From: Selaginella moellendorffii
Lineage: Eukaryota; Plantae; Lycopodiophyta
Direction of reading: 5' to 3'
Assembly (NCBI RefSeq): GCF_000143415.4
Contig: NW_003314276.1
Coordinates: forward strand, 391,906 to 455,905
DNA: 64,000 nt
The notes beneath the pieces were generated by a model that saw only the letters and a list, made by a program, of their open reading frames with translations, did no database searches and was not told the DNA's origin. Made by a program: the position numbers and the translations under genes. Of this stretch, positions 13,398-24,864 are shown piece by piece (position 1 is the first letter of the stretch; each line of letters begins with the position of its first letter).

Positions 13398-14290
13398 CAA
13401 GGTAAGCTAATTAGCATGGGTTAGCTAGGTTGACCAAGCATAGAGAATTACACTTGACTCCTTGCGGGGATGTCGAATCCGTAGACGTATTCTATGGAGG
13501 TTGGGTTCAAGTTCCAACCCCCTAGTAAAGCAAGGCTAGGTTCAAGTTCCGACCCCATACCAGGGCGTGGTGAGGTGAGGGTATAGGGACACCTATATTC
13601 CGTTGTCATGGGCTCTTGGCCGGGGAGGATAACTTAGGCACACCGCTAAGTGGGGGGATGCCCCCAGAGACATAGTCAACAAGTGGTAGGATTAAAAAGA
13701 GATGTTCGATGTGGGCATCGAACTTCTTCTATGGGTTGTGGAGTTATAAGGAACCAATTCCCCGAGGTGTCGTAGGCTAAAGGATCCCCGAAAGCACGAC
13801 CAAAAAGAGTTCATCAAATGAGACCAGTCTAAGATCGAGTCCAAGACCAACCTTAAGACCGGTTCGAGATAGAGTTTGGGATCGAGTTTGAGCCAACTCC
13901 GAGACTGAGTTTGAGACTAAGTTCGAGATAGAGTCCGAGATCCAAGATCGAGTCCAAGGTCAAGTCCGAGGTCGAGTCCGAGATTGGGTCCGAAGTCGAG
14001 TTCGAGATCAAGTCCGAGACCTAGTCCGAAGTCAGGTCTGAGATCGAGTCCGAGATCGAGTCCGGGACCGAGTTTGAGTACTAATATAGGTCAAGGGGTG
14101 AAAGCCCAAAGTGTGTGTCTCCCAAAGGAGGGGGGGCTGTAGGGGGTTCCAAAAGTATAGTAGGGATAGTGAGGTCCAGGAATCAGTCTTGAAGGAACTC
14201 TCTAGTGGTGTTTCCAAATTGACTTGAGGTTGAGACTGAAGCCGAGGGCCTTGGGTGGGAGTGAGCATGGACTCGGGTGGTGCCGGAGGG
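13398..14290 (+). mobile_element. Inverted family A fragment (3' UTR, PPT, partial LTR from 13745)
   Basis: Reverse complement of about 100-835 and about 1800-2715. Confidence 0.8.
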
Positions 14291-14900
14291 AATTCATCCC
14301 TAAGCACAAAAAGTCCATGCTATATTACCCATAAGTCAATGGTCAAACTGAATCTACTAACAAAGTGCTTAAAATATCTTCAAAAAAATTGTAAAGGAAA
14401 ATCCAAAAGATTGGGATAAAAATCTTAGATGCTTTATGGGTTTATATGACTATATATAAAGTATCCACCTATATGGCACCATTTTGTCTTACCTATGGCC
14501 ATAAAATTTTAATGCCTATAGAATTTATAATTCCTTCTTTACATATTGCAATTAAAAATGGCTTAGATGAAAAAGAAGCTCTTTAGCAAAGATTTGCTAA
14601 AATAGAAAGCTTGGATAAGCTTAAGCTTAGAGCAATTTAGACCCTAAATGCAATTTAAAAAGCCAAAAAGGCTAGGCATGACAGACAATTAAAAATCTTT
14701 TATGAGGTTAAATCAATATATAAGGTTTTTGGTATCAAGGCAAAATAGATACTCTTGGAAATAAATTCGAGAGAAAATGGAATGGTCCATTTATTTTGTC
14801 TAAGATATCAGCTCTAGGAATGGCTGAAGTGCACACCTTAAACATGAATGATACTGCAATAGTAAATTTAAACTATTTAAAGAAGTACTATGAAGATATA
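14291..14900 (+). pseudogene. Degenerate Gypsy integrase C-terminal fragment
   Basis: NGQTESTNKVLK...WD...DALW core, then a W.GPF-like (GPY/F) motif near 14778. The start is the reverse complement of 975-1153. Confidence 0.6.
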
Positions 14901-16204
14901 AGCATAAATATTGTATCTTAAGGTACAAAACTATGGATAAGTTCGTGGATGAAGCCCTTATAAGGATTCATCATGATGAGCTACCTAGGTGCATAGATAG
15001 AATGGCTAACTAGATGAAGGATAAGGGTCTAAAATTTTTTTATAAAGTTACATCAAATTTTGTAGAACTATAAAAAGGTAAATTAGTTCTTCAATTATGG
15101 GATCTTATAAAACTAGCTTTCAAATGGATAGAGGGGATATTAAGATCACTCAAGATCTTATTTCCAAGCTTTTCCATCTCCCCATATAATTAGATCAATG
15201 GAACTAGATAGGAGGAGTAGTCTTTCCTGACAAAATTAAACTGGAATCTGTTCATTCAGAACAAAGAGAAAATATATGTCCCCTAGGAAAGATTTCTCTT
15301 TATACTATAGGGAAGTTCAAAAGAAAGAAATCAAGAAATATATTGGATGGATATTTCTTTCCATAGAGTAGGCTTTCCTTCAAAATCTTGCTGGTATGTC
15401 CTATAGAAATTTCTTCTAGGCAATGCAAGACTTAGAGAAAAAGAAAAGAAGCGGTAAATACTCTAGGAGTAATGTCTATGTTTTTCTTGCTTCATTCTAG
15501 ACTTTGCTAGCAAACCACAAGGATTAATGAGCATAGATTACTAGGCCAAGAAGGAATTTTTTTTTCAACAATACATTTGCATACAAAAGAAAACAAAGGT
15601 AAGAGAACAAAGCTTATGGCTAACGTAGTAAGGTAAAGCAACTTAGGTAATTTAGAGGCGACTAAGGAGTTTCTTTTTCTCTCTCGCTCTAACACCATGC
15701 AAAAGCAAACTCCATCACTGCTGCCTATTGGGTTGAGCACACTTTCAATTGGGCAAAGTGATTTTGCCTTCACACCATTGCCACAAGCCGTCAACTCCAC
15801 TCTTGAAGCACTGTCGATGCAAGATCTCTCTTAGGCACCTCTATTGGCGCCACACTACATCTCTTGGTTGCCTAATACCGAGTGTTTTGCCTACAAATCT
15901 CCACAGATAGCAAAAAATGCCTAGGCAAGATGAGCATGTGGAGGAAATCTCATTTGGCAATGAAGAACTTGATTATGGCCAAGTAGTCTAGGGAGCTTGT
16001 GCTTTCTCCTTATGACAAGTTTTGGCTTAATACGTTTGGGTTACTTACTTATGCAGAACTGCTTAAAGGAGAAATATCAATTGAGTAAAGGATTTAGCTC
16101 ATGTAGAAGTGGTACCCAACAGAGCATGTTTTTCTTTTCCAAGGGCGAATCCATCCCTTTGGACTCACTTAGTTTGTTAAGATTTTTTTTTTTTTTTTTT
16201 TTTT

Positions 16205-18451
16205 CAGCACCCATCTCTTTTCTAGGCAATCCTTCGTATATCCGGAACTTGGCTTGAACCACTTCACAGTTACATTGAAGGAGTTAGTTTCCGCATCCTC
16301 CTCTGCATCAATGATGCAGCGCCCCACCCATATCATTTGTTTTTTATTACTAGGTCTGACAAGCACGACCATTCCTTTGCAGACCTGTACTGGATTGAAT
16401 GCTGAATCCGGAGGGACTCTGCCAGGTGACTGAACATGGCATCGACGTCTTCATGAGTGTGCCCAACCATGAGAAAGCCGAGTGTAACCGTTTCAAATAT
16501 GCCTTTGGCAACAAGCATCGCCAAGTATGCGAAGACGTACATGTTTTTGTTCTCACTGCCAGCATTGTCTGTTTGGAGCAGAAGATGGGGTGGAAGGCCA
16601 CATCGGCCGCAAGAACTTCCTTGAGATTCTGCTTTGTTTGGATGAGGCTGTGCATTCACCGGGCGACCAGCCTCGTCGGAATGGCATGAGGCCTCACGTG
16701 ATAACCCTACAATCTGACGGCCAACATATTCACTGGGATGGCATGGGGCCCCACGCGATACTGCAAGCCTTTGCTCCTCCTCCAACTGAACCCTGTATGG
16801 GGTTCGATCGACAAGGGCCTTATGCAAGGGTTGGCCGTTCAGCTCAGTCTAAGTGTTTTGCTAGGGACGCAATCATCATGTTTGCACCCCCGCCACCCCA
16901 TAGAGGTACAAAGAAGTTCCCATAGTTCTGGGCACCATGCCCATGAACGATTATGCCAAACAGAGACACAGGCAGCTGCATGGATGAAGAGATTGCCTTG
17001 GGGGCAGGATTGAGTCGAGGTAAGCACGTCTTTTTCTGGTCCATTTTGTCGTGGATGATGCAGAGGTAAGAGTCAGGTCTCTCCATGGAGAGAATCCTGT
17101 TATGATAATATGCAGTCCTGCAGCTTCTCTGCTCGATGTTGTGGTCGAGCCACCTTCTAACCAACGTCTCTCGCTCTTGAGCGCTGCAAGAATTCTTTGA
17201 CAAAGCCATTTTGATAGCAGTGCACTCGTCACACTTTGAAAAGCTGGAGTACTTTCCTATACTCACATCCCTAAACCTATTGCTCCACAATCTACTAAAT
17301 CTAGATTGGCTCAGCTTCTTGTAGCCATTACTCTGGAGTTCCCGATTCACATCTTCCAATATGGCCCCATTGGTATACATGGAAGGGAAAACTCGTTGGG
17401 TTTTATGTGGTTGCTGCTAGCTACATGTCTTCACAAACCTCTTGAAGATTGCCTCTCCATATACAACATGACCCCTGGTTTTGTTCGTACCGTCGTTCCC
17501 ATGGACTGCCTGTTGAACCCTTTGTTCCTCGAACTCAGTTTTGATTCTGTAGAATGTGGTTCAAGGGACACCATAAATGATTCTCCATGCCTTCATGCAG
17601 ACCAAACCCCTCTGGAAGACCATGCCCCCCACCTAATGTTCTGAAGCATCAACAGATGACCGTAATGCCTCATACACAAAATTGCGAGCTGCCTTCCATG
17701 ACAATGTCTTGTATCTTGCTCTCTCCTCTTCAATAGCATCCCAATCAGCATGTTCACAGCACCTCCTCTTGCAACAAGCAACTGTCGAGACCATTCGAAC
17801 CTCCATCGCCATTTTCTGCCTTTTCGGTTCGTTGCTCAGATCCCTTTGGCTGTGCTTTAGGAAGGTGTACTTTCTTTTCCCATGAAGAGATGTTCTGTCA
17901 TCAGTTGTAGTGGTGTTTGATTGTGAATCCTTCACATTCTCAAACACTAAGTGCCTCAATTTCTACCGCACAATGCTTCCAATAGTCAGACTGTTTTCTT
18001 CTGTGTCAACAACCTCTAAAATCGCAACTCCAATATCATCCTAGCCCAATTCTTGATTAGCAACCGCATCTTTTGGATCGACAACTGTGGCTAAGCCCTC
18101 AGCTACCACCTCCCCCTCGGGGTTGTTTAGAAACACCTTTGCCTGAATCCATGTAGCACGGTTCTTAAGATCCACAGAGGGAACATGCGTCGCACTTGCG
18201 CTGTCCCCAACATCTGCTTTCTTCTGAAGATTTTTCAAGGCAACAACAACATTTACCCCGATGACCATCTCTCCTCGTTCAATAGCGACCACATTCCCAT
18301 CGAAGACAGTCTCTACTAATACAGCAGCATTGCCTTCCCCAAGCCTTTGACAGTGTAGAACAAAGTTCCGATCCATAGACACAAGGGTCCCTTTTGCAAC
18401 TCTCTTCCCACCATTCAAAATGTAAACCTTTTCCCCAACCCTGAAGGCCAT
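16205..18451 (-). pseudogene. Sola/DUF7869-like DDE transposase with N-terminal tandem Tnp1/En-Spm-like (SH3-like) domains
   Basis: One frame runs from ATG 18451 through several in-frame stops to 16844, then frameshifts. Motifs: VAKGTLVS...LGEGNAAVLV (two related repeats), FSKCDEC, IIHDKMDQ, LQTDNAGSENKN, FLMVGHTHEDVDAMFS, C-terminal VLVRP...WVGR...VKWF. Probable internal deletion near 16400. Confidence 0.75.
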
Positions 18452-18817
18452 TCTAAAAGTGCAGAAAAGAAGTTAAGACCATACAAAAAATGATTGGAGA
18501 ATGGCCTAAATCATAACATACCAAACAACCTCAATAGCATGAGGCCACATGCCATTATTCAAACATGCTATTGACACCCACATGAAATTTCGCATTCACA
18601 AAATTGGCATGAGGCCTCATGCCATCTTGATATACACACAGCTGCAGGCAAATAAAAACATACATGACAATACGCTAGCCATGAAATTGCAAGGGCCCAA
18701 GATGGCATGTGGCCTCATGCCATTTCTAAATGTGGTCCTAAGCCATTCCATGGTGAACATACCAGGAAGCACAAGTGCCGAATATCAAGAGGAAGTGGTA
18801 GCCACACCAAAGACAAT

Positions 18818-18950
18818 GCCGCTCGCAACACCGCAACTACTCGTAGCGCCGCTCGCAACAACGCAACTGCTCGTAGCGCCGCTCGCACAAACTGCCACTC
18901 ACATAAACTGCCGCTCGCAATGGCGCTCGCAATGCCGCAACCGCTTGTAG
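18818..18950. repeat. GC-rich short tandem repeats (GCCGCTCGCAA core, about 30-bp unit)
   Basis: Repeated gccgctcgcaac...gcaact.ctcgtagc upstream of the transposase. Confidence 0.75.
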
Positions 18951-19300
18951 ACGCATAAACCACAGCTCACAACGCCGCTTACACAAGCAGCGCTCACTGT
19001 GCTCAGCGGAACCAAGAACACGGCGCACAGAAATGATAGACCTAGGAATGAGTTCGAGAATTCAAAAATAACACACACTTGAACGTCACATCAAATCCTC
19101 TGACAAACCAGATCTTATGATTCCTTTGACAAATTTCAAACTGAGTAGCTTCTAGACTTTGCTGTCGGAGGTTGAACTTTGTCACATCATGTCCTTGCCT
19201 CGATCCAGCTGTGCCATGTCAGTGATTCGGACTTTGCCATGCCGTGTCAGCGATCCGCGCCAAGATTATTCGCCGTGTAAAGGAATAATTATGCTGTGTG

Positions 19301-19687
19301 TGTCAGGAATCCCCCAATTCTTGCCACATTCCTAACTCTCGCCGGATTTCTGACCTGCAGACCACATTCCTGACTCTTGAGACACTTCCCTATTCCTGAC
19401 TCTCGAGACACTTTCCTATTCCTGACTCTCGAGACACTTCCCGATTCCTGAGTCTCGAGCCACATTCCTGATGATGATGTGGCACCTCCTCGACCTCAGC
19501 TATATTTAGGCCGTCCTCGATCCAAGAGTGGTGGAGCTTCATCAACCTATAGTATATATAGGTTAGCCTTGTTCCATTTCTCCACAATCTGAATCAACGC
19601 CAGTCTAAGGCCTCTTCTTTGTTTCCACTAGCTTTTCTCTTTGTCTTTTTGCATTTTCCAATCTTGATCTTGTCAGGGGTCTTGATA
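19301..19687 (+). repeat. 5' LTR with internal tandem repeats (about 26 bp) and TATA box (19553-19560)
   Basis: Matches 24478-24864. Repeat unit CACTTCCCTATTCCTGACTCTCGAGA. Confidence 0.95.
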
Positions 19688-19689
19688 GT

Positions 19690-19704
19690 TTGATTCAGAT
19701 TGTG
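19690..19704 (+). promoter_or_regulatory. Putative self-priming primer-binding site
   Basis: TTGATTCAGATTGTG is the exact reverse complement of 19583-19597 in the LTR. No TGG tRNA-type PBS is present. Confidence 0.8.
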
Positions 19705-19787
19705 TTTTTTCGTTTTTTGATTTAGCTCGTTTTGATTGTTTGATTACCTTTGCCTTTTTTTCCCCCTTTTTTCCTTTCTTCTTGCCA

Positions 19788-20750
19788 ATGGAGTCTCCAA
19801 GCCATCCTGATTTCTTTGCTGAAGTCCTTGCAAAAATCCAGTCTAAGAATACCGAGTTGAAGGTGACCCTTCTTCGCATGCAGCAGGAGCTTGCTTCACT
19901 TTCGGCTCAAGGATCCAGCAAAGTTCCTGAACCGAAGGTGAGCTTCCCGGCGAAATTTTCAGGCAAGCGTTTGGAGCTTCGCGGATTCCTGAACCAGATG
20001 GAGTTGATCTTCGCACTTCAACATCGGCGGTACCCTACTCCCGAGTCTCAAATCAGCGTGATTGGGACGTTGCTCGAAGGTGTAGCTTTGTCATCGTTTT
20101 CTCCTCTTCTGGAGAAGAGCATGAAAGGGGTCGTGGTTCCAGAGCTGATGGATCTTCAATTGTTCAAAGAGAAACTCGAAGCATGTTTTGGCGAGACGGA
20201 TCGGGTTCGGGCTGCTACCACAAAGATGAGACGTCTCTCTCAGGGGTCTCGTCCTACCTCGATCTATGCTGCAGAGTTCCAACTCCTTGCTTTGGACACT
20301 CAGTGGGATGAGCGGGCCCTGATTGACCAATTTCGTTTCGGCCTCAACAATGGTGTCAAGGATTTGTTGCTCACCATGGAGGATCCCAAGGACCTATCGG
20401 ATGCCATCAACAAAGCTGTTCGATGTGACAATCGTCTCTTTGAACGTCGTCAGGAAAGTCGCCGTGCCACTGTTTTTCCGTCCCAGACTCAGGAATCCCA
20501 GCTTGAGTCTTCGGGGCATACTCCTGAACCTACTACTCCAGTTCCGATGGATATTTCTGGTACTCCCTGACTCATTAGAGGGAAGTTGAGTCTTGCTGAG
20601 AAGCAACGTCGAATATCTCATAATCTTTGCCTCTATTGTGCTGATCCTAATCACAAAGCAGTTGTATGTCCCAAGAAGCCTCCTCGACTGCTCGAGTTCA
20701 CTCTACCTCAAAGTCCACCTCTATTGCAGTCGGGAAACGACCCTGTCTAA
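19788..20750 (+). pseudogene. Gag (retrotransposon capsid, PEG10-like) with one premature stop at 20568-20570
   Basis: PEPKVSFPAKFSG...LSQG...YAAEF...FRFGL. After the TGA the same frame gives NLCLYCADPNHKAVVC (CCHC knuckle) and ends TAA at 20750. Confidence 0.88.
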
Positions 20751-23700
20751 ACAGAGTAGGAGCTATCTGTTTGGACTCCCCGAATAAAAATCACTTTTCT
20801 TCTTTATCAAGCTCCTCACCACCTTTCATCAAAGCCACCACCAATTCCCGCAACTTCCGCGTCCCATGTCTCCTTTCTTTCATCGGACAATCAAGACTCA
20901 AGGCTCTGGCATTACTGGACTCGGGTGCAACTTCCTGCTTCATGGACACGGACTTTGCTGCCCGACATCACGTTCCTCTTTCTCCTACCATACGGGATTT
21001 GAGGGTTGAAGGCATCGGCGGGCATTTTGTGTCTCCATCTTCTGGACTTAGGGAAACGTTGCCCGTTCGAGTACACATCGGGTCCACCGTCACCGATATC
21101 ACCTTCAACATCATTAACAGCAAGTCCTCCTCTGTGGTGCTCGGTCTTCCTTGGTTCCAACTACATCAGCCTCAGATTTGTTGGAAGGAATTACAGCTCA
21201 TCTCTCCCACGGCTTCCCCTGCTGTTCATCGAGTCCAGAAAAGTTCCCTAAACTCAAATCGGGGTTCTGTTCCTGACTCTTCTTTTTCCTCTCTTCCAGC
21301 TTACACTGGACCGTATCCTCATCTCATCATTCCATTTAGTCGTACGCCTCCTCCTATCTCCACAATCACTATGAAAGAACTCCTTCATGAAGAACCTCTT
21401 TTTCTTTTTGCTTTGCATGTTTCTCCTGTCAGTCTTCCTAAGAAGTATCATGATTTTGGGGATGTGTTTGACAAGAAAAAAGCTAGTGTACTGCCTGTTC
21501 ATCGGCCTTATGATTGTCCCATTGATTTACAGGAAGGAGCGTCACCTCCGTGGGGGCCTATCTATGGGTTATCCCCGTCCGAGCTTAAGGCCCTCAAAGA
21601 GTACGTGGATGAGAACCTTGCCTCAGGCTACATTCAGCATTTGCAGTCCCCGGCTGGAGCGCCTTTCTTCTTTGTCAAGAAGAAGGATGGGAGCTTGCGG
21701 CTAGTCATCGACTACCGAGGTTTGAACAAGGTGACTGTTCGGAACCGTTATCCGCTGCCCCTGATCTCGGACCTATTGGAACGCCTCGGCGGTGCCCGCT
21801 TCTTCACCAAGATCGACCTCCGTGGAGCATACAACCTGATCCGGATCCGGCCTGGTGATGAATGGAAGACTGCATTCCGAATCAGCTATGGCCACTTTGA
21901 GTACACTGTCATGCCATTTGGCTTGACAAATGCTCCAGCAGTTTTCCAACACATGGCAAATGACGTCTTTCGGGAGTTTCTTGATCAGATGGTGATCGTC
22001 TATCTCGATGACATCCTCATCTACTCAAAAACTCAGGAGGAGCATGACGAACATGTTCGCAAGGTGCTAGCAAAGCTGCGAGAACACGGCCTATACGCGA
22101 AGCTTGAGAAATGTTCCTTTGATCAGCAGTTTGTGGAGTTCCTTGGGTACATTGTCACTCCTGAGGGTATCACGATGGATCCTGCCAAAGTCAAGACTAT
22201 TCTCGAATGGGAGCCTCCACAATCAATGTCGGACGTTCAGGTTTTCCTTGGCTTCGCCAACTTCTACCGCAAATTCATTGATCACTACTCTGACATTGTC
22301 CTTCCTCTCACACATCTCACTCGCAAGGATGTTCCCTTCTCTTGGTCTGCTGCTGCCCAGCAGGCCTTCGACACACTCAAGGCGGCCTTCAGTTCTGCTC
22401 CTGTCTTGATCCATGCTGATTCCTCACAACCTTTCTTCATCAAGGTTGACGCCTCCGACTTTGCCATTGGTGCTGTGCTGTCTCAACTCGGAGCGGATGA
22501 CAAACTTCATCCGCTCGCTTTCCATTCTCAGAAATTCCAGCCTGCGGAGATCAATTACGAAATCCACGACAAGGAGCTCCTTGCCATCGTGGATTCCTTT
22601 GGAGAGTGGCGCCGTTTCTTGGAGGGGGCGAGCCATCAAACAACAGTCTGGACGGATCACAAAAATCTCGAGTACTTTGCCACTTCCCGAGTTTTAAGCC
22701 GTCGTCAAGCAAGGTGGGCACAATTCCTGAGTCGGTTTCACTTTGTTATCAATTACAGACCTGGAAAGTTTCAAGGCCTTCCTGATGCTCTTTCAAGGCG
22801 CTCCTATCTTAGTCTCAGGCCTGGTAATCCTGCCTTCGATCAACAGGATCAAGTTATCCTCGGTCCTGATCGGCTTCAAGTCATGGCAATTTCCCTGGCC
22901 CCTCAGGACTCCTCCTTGATGGTTGCAATCAGAAACGATCTTCAATCCGATGATCTTGCTAGCGACATTTTCCCCCATCTTCAGGCTGGACACCCAGTGA
23001 CTCCCGATTGCCGGCGATTTGACGAGTTCAAGTTCGTAGATGGCTTATTGTACCATGGGGAGCAGCTTCACGTTCCTGAAGGTGATGCTCGAAGGTTGGT
23101 CCTGATGGCGTGCCACGATAGCCCGACTGCTGGTCACTTCGGCATTGCGAAAACCTATGAGCTAGTTGCACGGGACTTTTGGTGGCCTCACATGGACGAC
23201 TACATCAAAGTTTTTGTTACCTCCTGTGACACTTGTGCCCGGAATAAGGTACCTCGCCACCTTCCTTCAGGTTTGCTTCGTTCCCTTCCGGTCCCTTCAA
23301 GTCCTTGGGAATCCATCTCCATGGATTTCTTGAGTGATCTTCCGAGTTCTGGAGGCTTTAACAGCATTTTAGTCGTGGTGGATTGCTTCACAAAGATGGC
23401 GCACTTCTTGCCATGTACCAAGGAGTTTTCGGGCGAGGACATGGCAAAACTGGTATTCAGGGAAATTTTCCGACTTCATGGGATTCCTACAGATGTGGTT
23501 TCGGATCGGGGGCCTCAGTTCATCTCTCATTTCTGGCAACAATTTTTGCAGTTGCTTGGAGTGAAGGCCAACCTCTCTTCGGCATATCATCCTCAAACTG
23601 ATGGGCAGTCCGAGAGAATGATTCAGACGTTGGAACAATTCTTGAGGTGCTTCATCAACTATTATCAGGATAACTGGTTCGATATCCTTCCCCTTGCTGA

Positions 23701-24466
23701 GTTCTCCTATAACAACTCTGTTCACTCCTCTCTTCGAGTTTCCCCCTTCTTTGTGAAGTCTGGCCGAAATCCCCAATTCAATCTCTCACTTCCTTCTCCA
23801 TCTGAATCCTCTCGTTCAAATCCCCGCTCTAAGGCATTTATCTCCAACCTCCAGGAAATCCACAACTCCATCTCCTTCCACCTCCATCGTGCTCAGGAAT
23901 TTCATAAAACATTTGCCAATGTCCATCATCAGGATTGTCCCCCTTACAATATCGGGGATAAAGTCTGGCTCCTCAGGCGAAATATCTCCACCACCAGGCC
24001 CTGTCCAAAACTCGATTTCAAATGCCTTGGTCCTTTCCCTATCACTGCCATTATTAATCCTGTCACTTATCGCCTTGCACTTCCCTCCTCATATCAAATT
24101 CACCCCGTTTTTCACTCCTCTCTCCTTAAGCCTTATATTCCCAGTCCTATTCCAAATCGGGTCATTCCTCCGCCTCCACCAGTGCAGCTCGAGGATGGGT
24201 CTGAGTACGAGGTTCAGGACATCCTTGATTCCAAGATTTCATGGTCTAAACTCTACTATCTGGTGGACTGGAAGGGTTACGGACCTGAGGAACGCACTTG
24301 GGAACCTGCAGACAACCTGCTTCATTCTCCTGACCTTGTTCAGGACTTCCACCGCCGCTATCCTTCTCGTCTCAGTCCTCATTCTTTTTCTCCATCTCCC
24401 ATCCCTCGCCACTCATCTCATCCTCCTCTTCGTTCTCGTTCACATCCTCGTTCCACTCGTTCTTGA
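20666..24466 (+). CDS. Pol polyprotein (protease, RT, RNase H, integrase, chromodomain), probably entered by -1 frameshift
   Basis: LLDSGAT, VYLDD, VDASD, HHCC zinc finger, SMDF...SDRG...E, GPF, EYEVQDILDS...YLVDWKGY. Uninterrupted ORF. Confidence 0.95.
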   Translation: MSQEASSTARVHSTSKSTSIAVGKRPCLNRVGAICLDSPNKNHFSSLSSSSPPFIKATTNSRNFRVPCLLSFIGQSRLKALALLDSGATSCFMDTDFAARHHVPLSPTIRDLRVEGIGGHFVSPSSGLRETLPVRVHIGSTVTDITFNIINSKSSSVVLGLPWFQLHQPQICWKELQLISPTASPAVHRVQKSSLNSNRGSVPDSSFSSLPAYTGPYPHLIIPFSRTPPPISTITMKELLHEEPLFLFALHVSPVSLPKKYHDFGDVFDKKKASVLPVHRPYDCPIDLQEGASPPWGPIYGLSPSELKALKEYVDENLASGYIQHLQSPAGAPFFFVKKKDGSLRLVIDYRGLNKVTVRNRYPLPLISDLLERLGGARFFTKIDLRGAYNLIRIRPGDEWKTAFRISYGHFEYTVMPFGLTNAPAVFQHMANDVFREFLDQMVIVYLDDILIYSKTQEEHDEHVRKVLAKLREHGLYAKLEKCSFDQQFVEFLGYIVTPEGITMDPAKVKTILEWEPPQSMSDVQVFLGFANFYRKFIDHYSDIVLPLTHLTRKDVPFSWSAAAQQAFDTLKAAFSSAPVLIHADSSQPFFIKVDASDFAIGAVLSQLGADDKLHPLAFHSQKFQPAEINYEIHDKELLAIVDSFGEWRRFLEGASHQTTVWTDHKNLEYFATSRVLSRRQARWAQFLSRFHFVINYRPGKFQGLPDALSRRSYLSLRPGNPAFDQQDQVILGPDRLQVMAISLAPQDSSLMVAIRNDLQSDDLASDIFPHLQAGHPVTPDCRRFDEFKFVDGLLYHGEQLHVPEGDARRLVLMACHDSPTAGHFGIAKTYELVARDFWWPHMDDYIKVFVTSCDTCARNKVPRHLPSGLLRSLPVPSSPWESISMDFLSDLPSSGGFNSILVVVDCFTKMAHFLPCTKEFSGEDMAKLVFREIFRLHGIPTDVVSDRGPQFISHFWQQFLQLLGVKANLSSAYHPQTDGQSERMIQTLEQFLRCFINYYQDNWFDILPLAEFSYNNSVHSSLRVSPFFVKSGRNPQFNLSLPSPSESSRSNPRSKAFISNLQEIHNSISFHLHRAQEFHKTFANVHHQDCPPYNIGDKVWLLRRNISTTRPCPKLDFKCLGPFPITAIINPVTYRLALPSSYQIHPVFHSSLLKPYIPSPIPNRVIPPPPPVQLEDGSEYEVQDILDSKISWSKLYYLVDWKGYGPEERTWEPADNLLHSPDLVQDFHRRYPSRLSPHSFSPSPIPRHSSHPPLRSRSHPRSTRS
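20732..20780 (+). promoter_or_regulatory. -1 ribosomal frameshift signal (G GGA AAC plus stem-loop)
   Basis: Slippery heptamer in gag phase at 20732-20738; pol is in the -1 frame. GTCTAAACAGA/TCTGTTTGGAC stem follows. Confidence 0.8.
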
Positions 24467-24477
24467 GGAGGGGGTGC

Positions 24478-24864
24478 TGTCAGGAATCCCCCAATTCTTG
24501 CCACATTCCTGACTCTCGCCGGATTCCTGACCTGTAGACCACATTCTTGACTCTCGAGACACTTCCCTATTCCTGACTCTCGAGACACTTTCCTATTCCT
24601 GACTCTCGAGACACTTCCCGATTCCTGAGTCTCGAGCCACATTCCTGATGATGATGTGGCACCTCCTCGACCTCAGCTATATTTAGGCCGTCCTCGATCC
24701 AAGAGTGGTGGAGCTTCATCAACCTATAGTATATATAGGTTAGCCTTGTTCCATTTCTCCACAATCTGAATCAACACCAATTTAAGGCTTTTTCTTTGTT
24801 TCCACTAGCTTTTCTCTTTGTCTTTTTGCATTTTCCAATCTTGATCTTGTCAGGGTTCTTGACA
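24478..24864 (+). repeat. 3' LTR
   Basis: TG...CA, followed by TSD GTGTG. Confidence 0.95.

Larger units (their letters stand above)
19301..24864 (+). mobile_element. Near-intact Ty3/Gypsy chromovirus (Tcn1/Tf1-sushi-like)
   Basis: 387-bp LTRs at 19301-19687 and 24478-24864, about 12 differences by eye. TSD GTGTG on both sides. PPT GAGGAGGGGGTGC at 24465-24477. Gag plus a 1266-aa pol ORF. Confidence 0.97.

Noticed and set aside
16183-16204. Poly-T tract as the poly(A) tail of a retroposed transposase mRNA
   Set aside because: It cuts the reading frame with no stop or 3' UTR and no TSD was found; more likely a truncation junction.
20912-24512. Antisense and alternate-frame ORFs overlapping pol
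   Set aside because: Shadow ORFs of a long coding region with no independent motifs.
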